NCBI RefSeq assembly: GCF_021869535.1 | Contig: NW_026262690.1 | Location: 46,996,001 to 47,060,000 of the forward strand | Source of the DNA: Mytilus californianus | Taxonomy: Eukaryota | DNA length: 64,000 nucleotides | Reading direction: 5' to 3' | Shown: positions 1-11,861 of the stretch, piece by piece | Layout of the letters: each line of letters starts with the position of its first letter | Position numbering within the stretch: the first letter of the stretch is position 1 | Translations under genes and position numbers: made by a program | Notes under the pieces: model-generated | Told to the model about the DNA's origin: nothing | The model's input: the letters and a program-made list of their open reading frames with translations, nothing else | Database searches by the model: none

Positions 1-83
1 GACGTAAAACAACAATGAATGTTAGTCAAATTATGTAAGGGTTAATATGGATTGCCATGACTGTCTTCTGATGTTGATTGTTT

Positions 84-320
84 AATATGTTCGGTGCTTT
101 ATGCATTATGTTCAGTAGTTTTGACATTATGTTTAGTAGTTTTTACATTATATTCGGTGCTTTGGTAATTATGTTCAGTAGTTTCATTATTATATGCAGT
201 GGTATTTAAATTATGTTCGGTACTTCTGACGTTATATTCAGTGCATTTTTTATTATGTTCAGTTCTTTCGACATTATGTTCAGTAGATTCATTATTATTT
301 GCAGTACATTATGTATTACC
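84..320. repeat. Degenerate ~21-bp tandem repeat (TTATGTTCAGTAGTTTTGACA-like)
   Basis: About 11 diverged copies visible; lies downstream of the transposase relic and may be its subterminal repeat. Confidence 0.7.
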
Positions 321-588
321 TTCAGAAACAGTTTTCATTTATCATTATTTAACCTGGAAGTAAGGTTTACAAGGCTGTTTGCTTAATTTTATTTTTCTAA
401 ATACTAAGTAGTATGCTTATAATTATAATTGTAGTTTTGACATAGTGTTTTCCAACCAGATCAAAACATAGATCTTGAGTCAGCTCTGACAACACTCCAT
501 TTTATTTTGTGTTCTTAAGACCTTAACATAGATCATCAATGAGTCATTTATTTTTATACAGCAAATACAATAGTATACCATTTCACAA

Positions 589-1262
589 TTACGACTTAAG
601 GATTGCATACGCCTTCAGATATATATCAATACTATGATCTTGTGACCTCCAGTTTAATGGACAGTTCTGGCGTAATGTTTGAAGTTTATCGTTAGTTACA
701 GAAACTGAAGAAGGCACAAATTCTACCCCTTGCGTACCCTGGCCATTTTCGTCTTCATCGGGGTTATCGTCAGTTAGTAATTCATTACTGTCAGGGAGGG
801 GCTGTGATTCATCTACAATATTGTTCATCACACTTGTGGTAAACATCTGCATAGGCGTTTTACGGAAACATCTGCATAGGCGTTTTACGGACAGTTCTAA
901 TACGATGGTTTGCCCAAGCAGTTTGCCAAATTCCAAGTTTTTCGTTTACTTTGTGCAAATAAACATGGTGCAGTGCATATATATAAAGTTCGTCTAAATG
1001 ATCTAATACTCCGATGTCTTCCATATAATAAAATAAATCATAATAGTATGACAAAACTCCAGCATACACATCTCGCCAGAGACGCTCTATGCGCTGGTTA
1101 TAAACACTTGTTCCCGTTATCATGCTACTTCTACTTGAACCTCTGATTTTGATCATGTAATCTGCAATTAAAATGTTCTCTCTACCAATATCTGAACGGA
1201 CTCTAGAAGGAAGTCCATGTTTACCAACACCTTTCAGAAAGCAATTTAATAAGGTGTCTAAA
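589..1262 (-). pseudogene. IS3EU-like (integrase-core/rve) transposase, C-terminal part, frameshifted
   Basis: Minus strand reads DTLLNCFLKGVGKHGLPSRVRSDIGRENILIADYMIKIRGSSRSSMITGTSVYNQRIERLWRDV...WANHRIRTV. GLPSRVRSD and SVxNQRIERLWRD are typical of this integrase family. A perfect 25-bp tandem duplication (841-865/866-890) shifts the frame. The family name is inference. Confidence 0.75.
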
Positions 1263-1353
1263 CTAAGAATTTACTGAATGTTTGCAAAATCAGATAAAAA
1301 GTATACCGTAATGGTGACGTGTGCATTTCACTGGTATTTATGACCGGCTGGAT

Positions 1354-1790
1354 TACCGTAGGTGAAACACTTTAAACGTTGACGTACTCCCAAATTGTAA
1401 GAGTGGGGACACGCGGACCAGCGTGGGGTCTGGGAGTAGGCCAGAGCGTCAACAGAGCAGCCCAGCCGCTAGTAGGACATACTCTGACTGAGTTCTTCGG
1501 ACAGGTATCCCGAAGGTTGGGCTTTGCTACCCCCATCTACTATCTAAAATACTAACAGAATCCCCGTAAGGGGAGTTCGTGCGAGATCCGTAAGAATAGT
1601 CAAAACCGTAAAAAAACCCACAGCAGTACCGTAGGTGATGGTTGTCAAGCACAGGTATATTGACGCCCGAAAATTGAAAAGACATTAAATACATATTATG
1701 ATGCCGGAAACCGTCCCAGCACAGCCCAGATTCGATTCCCGACATACTGACTTTCCAGAAGTCCATTAAGCCAAACTTAGTCTATTGCTA
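1354..1790. other. GC-rich structured insert of unknown family inside the transposase relic
   Basis: Much more GC-rich than flanks; nested stems at 1378-1453; hairpin CTTCGG-N9-CCGAAG; motifs recur at ~265-273 bp spacing. Confidence 0.4.
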
Positions 1791-2899
1791 TCGAAAAGTA
1801 ATGCACAAAATACAAAACAGTTGATTTCTTTCTTCTCCAACGAATTACAGTTACCTATTTTCAGAAGTTGGTGCACAGTAGAATATTTAGTTAAGAATCC
1901 TGTTGATATTCATACACACAGAAACCCGTCAAAACCAGTTCATTTATATAAGCTGAAGTGTATTTTGAACCTAAAATATAAACCGGTTTAGACAGGTTTC
2001 ACTGTATAAGAAAATGTGAAAAAGGTGGTAGTATTCATGATTACAATACATGTACATGTATATACAACCCTTTCCATAATCTTACCAACGCAACTCATTG
2101 GTCGGCAATATGACACCCTTTAACACTGATATCACATTACCTAGTTTCCAGTCTGATAAAACTTGCATTGTTCAACATAACCCGAATAATTCAGTCGTTA
2201 TATTCCGCTGATCTACGAAGGCTTACATTAACCTCGTGTGGGAGAAAATCGGACACAGAAAGGGCTTGAATTATTCGAGTTATGTTCAACACAGACAAAA
2301 TGTGACAGAATCTCCAGAAAATAAGATGTGACGTGGACCCGAAATTTATGCATTTTGGGAAAACCCCTGATCCGAATTTTCCGCACGTCCCGTATCTTAA
2401 TTATGTTGTAGTACGACCCCACACACCGGCGGCAAAGAGAGATCTACCTATCAAAATATGAGGAGGGGGGACTTAAAATTTCAAACCCCTACCTGAAATT
2501 ATTCAGGTCATGTGAAATTTTAGACCAAATATTATCCAAGGAGACGAAAAATATGACCTGGGATTATCCAAGTAGGGTTAATCTTTTAATGATTTTAATC
2601 TGCTAAACAATCCCATAAGTCAATCAGTATTTGAAGCGGTATTTCTTTCTTTTTTTCAGAACATATTTTAAGCATTCTATGGCTTATAATACCTGTACCA
2701 AATGCTTTATTTGATTTTAATATTTTGATACTGTCAAAAATTTCGGTTAAATCAATGTCAATCGTCTCAGATATCGTGATTTTCAGTTCTATTGTAAAAG
2801 TCTGGAATGATCATATCTACATCGTCAAGCCGGGGAATGGATCAGAAATATACTAGTGTATAAATATATTTAATTTAGGACTGGGTTTTTGGAACGTGT

Positions 2900-3294
2900 G
2901 GTGCAAACCTTAATGTTTTGTTGGGCTAATATCTGCTTTAGAAGACTCCTTACACAGCAAGCAAATTCCACTACCTGTTTTGCAACAACAACATCTAAAT
3001 CCTCGTCAGAAATGTTAGAAAATTCAAGTTTACTAAATTATACATTTTCATATTTCGATAAATTGTACTCTCCGATACACTAAACATCTCACTAATTTCT
3101 TTAGCAGTTAAATCGATTTCAATCAGGGACTTTAGTGCTTCTTTGGGAATGAAAAACTTGTTATTAGTCTTAGTCAAAATATTGCTGCTGAAATGAACAC
3201 ACGCTGTTCTTAATTCCATTATTTTTCTCCTGTCGGTCAAACCTAAATATGCAAAATCTTGTAGCGACATCTTACGGAAGCCGATAAGGGTCAT
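2900..3294 (-). pseudogene. IS3EU-like transposase, N-terminal HTH part, frameshifted
   Basis: FFIPKEALKSLIEIDLTAKEISEMFSVSESTIYRNMKMYNL is HTH-like. It continues in another frame as SKLEFSNISDEDLDVVVAKQVVEFACC...LLKQILAQQNIKV, the usual N-terminus of these proteins. Confidence 0.65.
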
Positions 3295-3305
3295 TCAAAA
3301 AAAAA

Positions 3306-3465
3306 TATGTCGTAATTACGACATAGTACGACATATTATGTGGCAATAACGACATCGCTATGTCGTAATAACGACATATTATGTGGAAATAACGACATCG
3401 CTATGTCGTTATAACGACATATTATGTGGAAATAACGACATTGCTATATCGTAATTACGACATAT
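3306..3465. repeat. 43-bp tandem array built on palindrome TATGTCGTAATTACGACATA
   Basis: Perfect 20-bp palindrome at 3306-3325; ACGACATAT recurs at 3328, 3371, 3414 and 3457. Confidence 0.85.
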
Positions 3466-4059
3466 CATCTATATCATCTATATCATCTATAACAACAACC
3501 TTCACATTGCTACTTAGTGAGCATCGAAACACTATGGGAAACAACATTTTCATCTTTATTTTAAGAACTACTTATCAGAATTGAATCAAACTTGATATAC
3601 GTGTGCACTATAAGGTCCTATGCAAGTGTTATTACTTAGTTACACATTGGTTAAAACACATGACCGCCAATGTTCAAAATCTGCTTCTCAAGATCGCTGA
3701 AATGACTGAGCTTAAACTTAGTATAAATATACAATGTGTAAATAGTATCCAGGTCCTTAAAAAGAGTTTTTACGTTTTGAGCTGATCCGAAGTTAAAAAT
3801 GGCCGCCAGTGAGGGCAAAGTTTGTATCAAAACCCTATCGTAAACATATTCATTTTTGAGAATAATAAACACTGAATTTAATCAAGCTTAATTAATATTA
3901 AAGTTAGTTACGCTATATGTCTGCACATAATAGAACTTTATTTCATAATCAAATCTAATGGGACCCATTGAAATGGTGAATGATTCAGGCTTGTTGGAGC
4001 CTCTATATTTATATTTGGCATTTAATATGTAGATCACATCAAGAAGATGTGTTAAGTAC

Positions 4060-4240
4060 CAGAAGGATTATGTGTGTTATTGCAATCGCTTGTCGTCCGT
4101 CGTCGTCTGTATTTACCGTTAAATCTTTATTAAAGATTACAAAAATCACAAAATGTTGATAAAAGTTTAGCCGCCGTCGCCGCAAAATCAATTCCTAAAG
4201 TTTCGCTATTTATGACGTTCGTCGCAGGCGAGTTAAAAAT
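4060..4240 (+). mobile_element. Non-autonomous Helentron-like (HINE/pearl-like) fragment
   Basis: GTCGTCCGTCGTCGTC microsatellite and a 3' stem (TTTCGC...GTCGCAGGCGAG) followed by an A-run, an organisation typical of bivalve HINEs. Confidence 0.45.
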
Positions 4241-4799
4241 CTGCTATTTCGCTATGTGGTCTTTTTGTATAGTATTGTGGAAATAATTGCATACAGTTCG
4301 AGATTGCATGTGAGTTACGTAAGCCCCTAACTGTTTTTTATATCCTGTGGTGTTTGTCGTTGATGAAATATGTTCGCTGTTGTTCTGCAGTTTACATGTT
4401 TTGCGACTATTACTACACTGTAGTATATTATATGTTTGTGCGTTTCTCTGTGATATATGGTCTTGCGTGTGTTTGATCTGTATTTCTGTCACGCAGTGTT
4501 ATCATTTCAGCGCCATGTTTAGCATTGTCATAAAGCAGGAGGTTTGGCTAACCATTAAACCAAGTTCAACCCACCATTTGTTCTTAAAGTGGCATGTGCC
4601 AATTCAGGAATATGACAGTTGTTATCAAATAGTTCTTTCTATGTATGTTAAGGGTTTATTTTTGTTCACTTTAGTGTTCCTGTTGTTCGTTTATTTTCCT
4701 CTTACAGTTGATATGTTTCCCTCGGTTTTAGTTTGTAACCCGGATATGTTTTCTCTCAATCGATTTATGACCTTTGAACACCGGAAATCGACGGACTTC

Positions 4800-5330
4800 A
4801 AGTGATGACAATACATGTAGCTATCCCCAAAAAATGTTTTAGAGGACACAACTTAGATATGGGTCAAACTGATCTTTCTGAAATTTTCGGCATAGGTCCA
4901 TTTTGTCATGATGAACCCTCAACAGATTTGAGATAAATGTAACGATATTCGAGACATTATCAAAAAACTAATGTGTGACCATTATGTCCTATATTTTCAA
5001 GTTAATAACAGCGGCTGTGTTTTTAAGGAGTCAAAAATCACAGCACGCCTTTTGTGAAGGAAACATTTAACAAGGAAAAATTAAACTAACTTTTAAAGAA
5101 TTTTGTACAGTAGTTTCAAAGGAGATTTTTAAAACACGTTTACGACAGACGACGACGGACAACAAACGATAGCAATCGCTCGCATACCACTTCGAGTTCG
5201 AGACACAAGTTCCTTCGGTGATAGGTGAAGATCAGGGGACCCATTAGGCTCGATTATTAGCGGTCTAAAGTTTAACATAGGCTCCAATGGAAAAAGCTTT
5301 GAAAATCTTCTCATTAAGAACTACAGGCCA
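4800..5330 (-). mobile_element. HINE/pearl-like element fragment
   Basis: ACAGACGACGACGGAC microsatellite and AGGTGA...GGGACC terminal motifs, in opposite orientation to the 4060 copy. Confidence 0.4.
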
Positions 5331-5387
5331 TATTGGATCAATCTTAGAGAATGGATGATCCTTATATGATGAGGATTAAATATAAAA

Positions 5388-5632
5388 AAAAGAAGATGTG
5401 GTATGATTGCCACAAGAAACCAAATGCCACAGAAATTAACAACTATAGGTCACCGTACAGCCTTCAGCAATGACCAAAGCCCATGCCACATAGTCAGCTA
5501 TAAAAGGCCCCGAAATGACAATGTAAAACAATTCAAACGAGAAAACTAACGGCCTAATTTATGTACAAAAAATGAACGAATAACAAATATGTAACACATA
5601 AACAAACGACAACCACTGAATTACAGGCTCCT
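5388..5632 (+). repeat. Copy of very abundant interspersed repeat (AAGAAGATGTGGTATGATTGCC family)
   Basis: Homologous to copies at ~7155, 15985, 19915, 21665, 47820, 49105 and 62905. Confidence 0.85.
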
Positions 5633-6374
5633 GTACTTTTTATTAGTGAAATTTTTATCCCATTTTCTTATTAATATGTATTCATGATCTTCCAATTGGT
5701 GTTTTTTCCAGGAAAAATTTGACGTCACAATGTCTTATGACGCATTTCCCTCAAATGACCCCAGGTCAACAGGAGTAGTTCATACATAAAATCGAAATTA
5801 GAATGTCGTGTATTAAATAACTGGCGCTTATAGGAAGACAATAATTAAAGTGCGTAGATCTAAATCAAATGAATGGCAATACGTTAATATTGAATCTTAT
5901 AGATTTCAAGGTATTATTTTGGTATGCATTTTCTACTTAAATGAATTTTTAGAATTGAAATCCATTTATACTGTAATTTTTTGAGGAATTGTGCAAAATA
6001 TATTGAATTCATATAACATTACGGTCCACTTTTGAATACTGTTTTTTAAAACCATTTTGAGTGTCCTTCGTACTGTAATAAGTGATTGCTTTATTTTTGG
6101 AAACCATTATAGATATCATGATCATTTACTATGTGGTAATGAACAAAATAGTGCAATTATTATTTCAAGAAGTAAACGCGGTCCTTGAAATATTTGTTTT
6201 ACATAAGCAATCATAAGATATTGAAAAATTACGTTCTTTTGTTGTAACTAGGAAAAAAATTATGTGGGATATGGAACTAGTTCATTTGATCACCTGAAGA
6301 TATCGCTAGCAACATTTTAGTCGTCACTTTCCTCCTCTTTTCCTCCAATGTGACATCAATGAATTTGTACTTAC

Positions 6375-6550
6375 CATGAGCAACACAACGGATGTCACAT
6401 GTGGAGCAGGATTCGTTTTCTTATTCGGAGCATCTGGGATCACACCCAACTGGGGTTTGTGTTGCTAACTCTTGTTTTCTATGTATTGTTTCGTAGACTT
6501 TTCTTTTCGTTGATTTTCGTTTTTATTGCCATGGATTTGTCGGTTTCTCT
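6375..6550 (+). mobile_element. Penelope-like 3' end / pseudo-LTR fragment
   Basis: AGCAACAC...ACATGTGGAGCAGGAT...GGAGCATCTGGGATCAC matches the segment attached to the RT at 7860-8036. Confidence 0.6.
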
Positions 6551-7154
6551 TTTTTTTTATTACCCCTTTTGTAAAATTGTATATTTGTTTTAAATGTATG
6601 TAAAACTGAACCTACTTTATACTAAAACAAACCACCTTAGTAATATGATCATGTTCTATATAAGAATAAGGAAATGTGGTACATGTATGATTGTCAACGA
6701 GACAACTACCAACCAGAGTCCACATGACGCCGATGTCTTTTTTTATCTTCATATGCGTTTTCTTTATGAATGTATGAGAATATAGGATTAATTCAACATT
6801 TTATTAAAGAACATCGATTGACAATTGAATTATTTCGAGATTTACAATAAAAACACTATAATAAGCATCTTTCTGTTGATTATATCGAATATTAACGATT
6901 ACAATGTATGTGATTGACGTCATTCTCTAACGTTCACGTTTCGTAACTGACATAAAAGCCTTTAAACCAGGATGTGCTATAGGCTTTGTCATACAATGAT
7001 GATAATAATTATAATAATATACATGTAATAAGAAAAATAACCAAAAACAATTGCTATGTGAAATCAAAGAAAGATCCTAAAAAAAACAAACAAATTTTTC
7101 ATCCTTGCCTAAAAGAAACATGCACATCTTTTAATTGTTATATTTTGTAACTAC

Positions 7155-7470
7155 GTTGTGCTGTTCAGCCACTGTCCCAGGTTAGGGAGCGGTTTGAGTG
7201 TCCGCAAGCATGTTAAATCCTGCAACATTCTGTAAGTGTCTGTCCCAAGTCAGTGTCAGTTGTTGTATATCATATTTGTTTTTCGTTTGTTGTTTTTTAC
7301 ATAATTCAGGGAGTTAGTTTTCTCAATTGTATTGTTTTACTTTTGTCACGTCGAGGCCATTTATAGCTTTCTTTTCGGTATGGGGTGTGCTCATTGTTGA
7401 ACTATTACGTCATTTGGTGTCGGGTGGAAAGTTGTCTCATTGGCAATGGTACCACGTCTTCATATTTGTA
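7155..7470 (-). repeat. Abundant interspersed repeat copy
   Basis: Reverse-complement homology to 5388-5632 and 21665-22260. Confidence 0.8.
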
Positions 7471-7859
7471 TATTCAAGATATTTCTAATTTCCAAATGAG
7501 AATTGCATGAACCTTGAAATGGACAAAACCCGACTGCATTGTAAGCGAATTTGCTATGAGTGTGTCACTAGTTGGACTTTTAAAATCCATCCAATAAATA
7601 GCTTCTTTTTAATGTCTCACCTGCGACAAAAGTTGCAGAATGCGAGACATATGGACTACTACCAGGCGGCGGTGACATCATAAACTATTTGTATAAAGCT
7701 TTATACTCCAGAAGGTATGAGACATGGATGCTTCATACCTTGTATGCAGATGCATCATGTTACGACGTTTTCGTCTGTCATATGTCCATTGTCCTTGACC
7801 TCATTTTCATGGTTAAGCGATTTCTTGAAAAAAGAGAGGCAAAAGATACCAATGGAACA

Positions 7860-8036
7860 TTCAAACTCAAGTCGAAAATAAACTGACATAGCCATGGCTA
7901 TAAAAAGAAAAAGACAAACAGACAAACAACAGTACACAAAACACAAGATAGAAAACTAAAGACTGAGCAACACGAACCCCACCAAAAACTGGGGGTGATC
8001 TCAGGTGCTCCGGAAGGGTAAGCAGATCCTACTCCA
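7860..8036 (-). mobile_element. Penelope-like 3' pseudo-LTR
   Basis: GTGGAGTAGGATCTGCTTACCCTTCCGGAGCACCTGAGATCACCCCC on the minus strand, directly joined to the RT C-terminal fragment. Confidence 0.65.
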
Positions 8037-8513
8037 CTAAAATTTACGAAGGAATGACTTCAACTTCACCACTTGGAACTCTTGGTTTAGTAGCTTCCTT
8101 GTGAGCAGCAAACCTCTATCAAGAAAATCATGATAGGAAATACAAGCCCTGGAATATCGTATCAACTGAGTGATATATACTCCGTATGCAGGCGCTGCTG
8201 GAATGTTGCTACATAGAAATGGAAAGTTCACAATTGGGAAGCTGAAATAATCTCTTTTGTCTTAAAGTTTTGTTTTCAACCGACCCTCATTGTCAGTTTC
8301 TAGATTTAAGTCAAGATATGAGGCAGACTTAATTGTATCTGTTGTTTCGTGTATCTCAAGTTCGATTGGATAGATGCGTTCAACATAGTCAGCAAATTTT
8401 GAATTATTTAGTGGGGAAACATCATCTATATAGAGGTTAAAGGATACTGCTAACTTCTTTTCTTTCTTCCTAAGAAGTTCCTGTATGAAGTCAGTCCCAT
8501 ACATGTATAAATA
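8037..8513 (-). pseudogene. Penelope-like (probably Naiad-clade) reverse transcriptase, 3' fragment
   Basis: YGTDFIQ...SFNLYIDDVSPLNN...IYPIELEI...SASYLDL...TKL*DKRDYFSFPIVNFPFLCSNIPAAPAYGVYITQLIRYSRAC: YIDD catalytic motif and PLE-type thumb, with an in-frame stop. Clade assignment is inference. Confidence 0.85.
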
Positions 8514-10207
8514 CACCCAACATCATGACAGTGGTTCCAAAGCAACTTTTCGAAATCAATTTTATTTTGAACCAGTAGTCCACAGCTTCCACAATAAAGT
8601 GCATTACCTATTGATGTTGTTGAAACTGTGTCCTAAAACTTTTACAATGTCATTATATAAATTACATTGTTTCGACTACAATTGCACGCCAATCTTTATC
8701 ATAAAAGACAGTTGATTGGATAAAAGTGATGAATTGCCACGCCTATATTAAACTGAGGTCCTATGAACTTAGCCTGGCGTCCTGACCCGATCCTGTCGAG
8801 CAGTGGGCCGACTTCAGATAGCTGTCAATATGAGGGGAAATATTCCAGATATATTTAGACATTTAGTTGGGAACCAGTAATCGATATTTGAAAAAAATAT
8901 ATATATATTGATATCTCTAACTGTTTCGGTATTAAAAGTGTAACGAACAGGAATTGTAGATTAAGTTTGGGAAGTCTTATACACCCCATTTTTGTAGTCA
9001 TTCCATATAAAGAAATACAAAAAATCTGCTGTTTTTGTGATTTTATAAGAATATAAAAATATTTAACAATTTAATTCAAATTCTCATACAAGATGATTTT
9101 CCTTTTTTCCTCAACATTGCCTGTTGAAGAGAGTGAGAGAAGGTAGGAGGGGTGTCATCCCGAGTTTTCGGAAAAAAAAACAAAAGCTGAATACCGAAAT
9201 CCCGAAAGAATAAAGCATTTTATGCCGAATCCCGAAAAATTAATCATTGATTCCCGAGTCCCAATAAGTGTAAATCCCGAATTCACACAAAAATATAAGC
9301 CCAACCCGACGTCCCGAAAAGATCTGTCCAAGAGCTCAGTTTATTCAAATTTTCAGAGATTAAAATCAAACTTAATTTCACGTTAATTGATATAGTATAG
9401 TCTGGATTTTGCTAGAAAATAGCCAATGAAATGCATACAATATCGTATGTCATGGGTCACGCACAGACTGTCTTACTTTATAGGGATGCTAATGCGGCAC
9501 ATCAAAGATAAGATATATTTTAACCAGACATTTACCCATTGTTCCACAGAACTTAAATTAACCTGAATACATTGACCTCTTATTCTGTCGACTATGAAGC
9601 CCGTCAGACAGCTTCACAAAAGAGACCTTGATGAAATTTGAAATTTAAACAACTCTTAGTTTTCACGGTAACGAAGATTTTGCAAGTACTTTGTACTGAT
9701 AAGTTCATCAACGAAGTAATTTTAAAAATAAGACGCCAAGTTCGAAACTAGCTCTAGCTCTCAATAAAGAACATGTGAACCGTCTTAAAGCAAGAAGGTC
9801 TCCTTGTGTACCAGGAGTTTTGTTTTGTGGACATATGTTGCTGGTGGATAAAGTCGCACCGACTTAAACAATGTAGGGTCGGCAGAGAAATGACGATTTA
9901 AGGGTTCGAGGAACAATGTATGTATCATTTGAACAAAGATATTATCTATGTAGAAATTTGCTTTCATTTCAACTTGATTCAAACTCAATTATGTATCTTT
10001 TTTATTGTTTTATAAAAAAAAAATCACTACACCCCTAGTCCTATAATATTAGACTTCCTAGGTTCATATCGATTGCATTCAACGAATAAATGACAATGTT
10101 GTATAAACTACAAAAGGGGCTACTACATAATCAGATTGTTTAATCCTAATTCAAAATAAAGTTGAAACTGACAAGCAGCTTTGTAACCACTGTCATGAGG
10201 TTGGGGG
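8514..10207. mobile_element. Non-autonomous TIR DNA element with TA target duplication (Tc1/mariner-like), nested in the RT
   Basis: 58-bp imperfect TIRs (CACCCAACATCATGACAGTGGTTCCAAAGC vs CCCCCAACCTCATGACAGTGGTTACAAAGC; 27/30 identical in the first 30 nt). TA at 8512-8513 and 10208-10209. Removing it rejoins the RT in frame. Confidence 0.75.
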
Positions 10208-10330
10208 TAAAGGGACAAGTCGGCAAGAAGAGAGTTGGTTTCCATGGGAATGCCGATCGTTTGTTGAAAAACACGTCCTCCAAACGTAACAAATATGTTA
10301 TCAATCAAGAAATCAAGCATCTTGATAATG
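10208..10330 (-). pseudogene. Penelope-like RT, upstream fragment of the same copy as 8037-8513
   Basis: MLDFLIDNIFVTFGGRVFQQTIGIPMETN..LLADLSLY (QxxGIPMG motif). Confidence 0.85.
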
Positions 10331-10739
10331 TCAGTTTCAGAGGTTTTTTTGTTTGAATCAGAGTGATTATTTACAAAGTACGATTATCCCTCCCTAAGCA
10401 AGATACTTGTATCTACGTTGGTCGTTCTTTATTATGAAACAAAGCAAGACCAAATCTTTCAATTTGTCTTTTAGTTTGGAATGGGGAATACTTGTGTAAA
10501 GTGTAGAAAAGTCAAATGTTTAATACTATTGCAAGATGAACGAGTCTTAGATTGTATGTACTCTAAAAGATCTTTGGATTTTTTTAGTATCCACATCTGA
10601 TTCACGCCATCACTAGAATAGGTAGATTCACAATAACTTTGAAGCCCGGCTTTGGTTGCTGTTTTTAAAAAAAATATAGTTTCTTACTTACTATGAGTAT
10701 TAGGATAACTACATATTTAGTATATGGGATCCTTGCAAG

Positions 10740-11336
10740 GTTAACATATCCGTTAGTCAGAGTTTCACCTGATCTCGACATTATTTCACGGATCAATGTT
10801 AAGTTTGTGTGGTTTGGTCGGTTTCTCAACTATTATAAGTAAAAGGTAAGCCGTATTTGGTGTATGGTATGATTGTACATGTGTACATGTCGGTGTATTA
10901 CAGGTTTCATATGACCTTAACCTCATTTTCGTTGTTAATTGGTCAATGTTAATCAATGGCTTTGTCAGTTTATAAGATACTATAAGTAATAATTTAACTA
11001 TATTTTTAGTATGGAATGATTGTAAGGTGTACATGTTTGACCTTGAACTCATTTTTATGGTTCATTGGTCAATAGTGAATTTTCGTAATTAGGTTTGTTC
11101 TCAAATGCCATAAGCGATATATATATAGGCTTACTATATTTCGTGTATGTTATGATTGTAAGGTGTACATGTCTGTCTGCTGGGGTTTCTCTGACCTTGA
11201 CCTCATTTACATGGAGCATTGATCATGTTAAGTTTATGTGATACTTGTAGTTAAACCATCATATTACAGACTTTCAACATAGTTTCAATCATGATAAGTA
11301 AAGCAGCCGAGACATTTCAGCGTGTGTACTCTTATT
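10740..11336 (-). mobile_element. HINE/pearl-like element with ~140-150-bp tandem core
   Basis: Minus-strand start AATAAGAGTACACACGCTGAAATGTCTCGG; three to four diverged GACCTTGACCTCATTT-type units. Left boundary uncertain. Confidence 0.55.
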
Positions 11337-11861
11337 CAAAATAAATTTGCAGCTTGGTTGGAAAAGTGAATTTGAAAAGGTGAAGTGAATTTTGATGTCT
11401 TTGCTATAGGAAGCCTTAACGGACCAAAATGTCGACATATATATATCATGTATAATTAGGACGAGAGTAAAGTTAGCACGCGCAGTGAGAATGAAGGTAT
11501 AGCTATAAAGGGATGCTTTTTTAATTTAATTCTTGCGACTTAAACAAATCAGTACCGTAATTGGTAATACTGTTAAAGTTTTCAGATAGGTTCTTTATCC
11601 TGAATTTCATTGTACAATCAGACCAAACATGTATTATGTTGATATTAAAAGGCGGATCTAACCAAGTCTCATCCCTGCTTTAATAAATAATACTTTATGA
11701 TTGAATACAACAATCTGTACATAAAACAAATAATACGGACGTTCCTGTTAAGTTATAAATTTGATATGTTTTTTTTAACTATAAATAATCTATCTACAAT
11801 CCAGAATATTCTATCACAGATTAATTCCAGGGACCAATTACACGTTATGAAATGGATTTAA

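Noticed and set aside
1527-1766. ORF with weak resemblance to a DIRS/Ngaro RT N-terminus (VNIPVL...GF.YGF)
   Set aside because: Too short, the spacing is wrong, and no further RT motifs follow.
4347-4805. 152-aa hydrophobic ORF
   Set aside because: Low-complexity GT-rich repeat-derived sequence with no domain signature.
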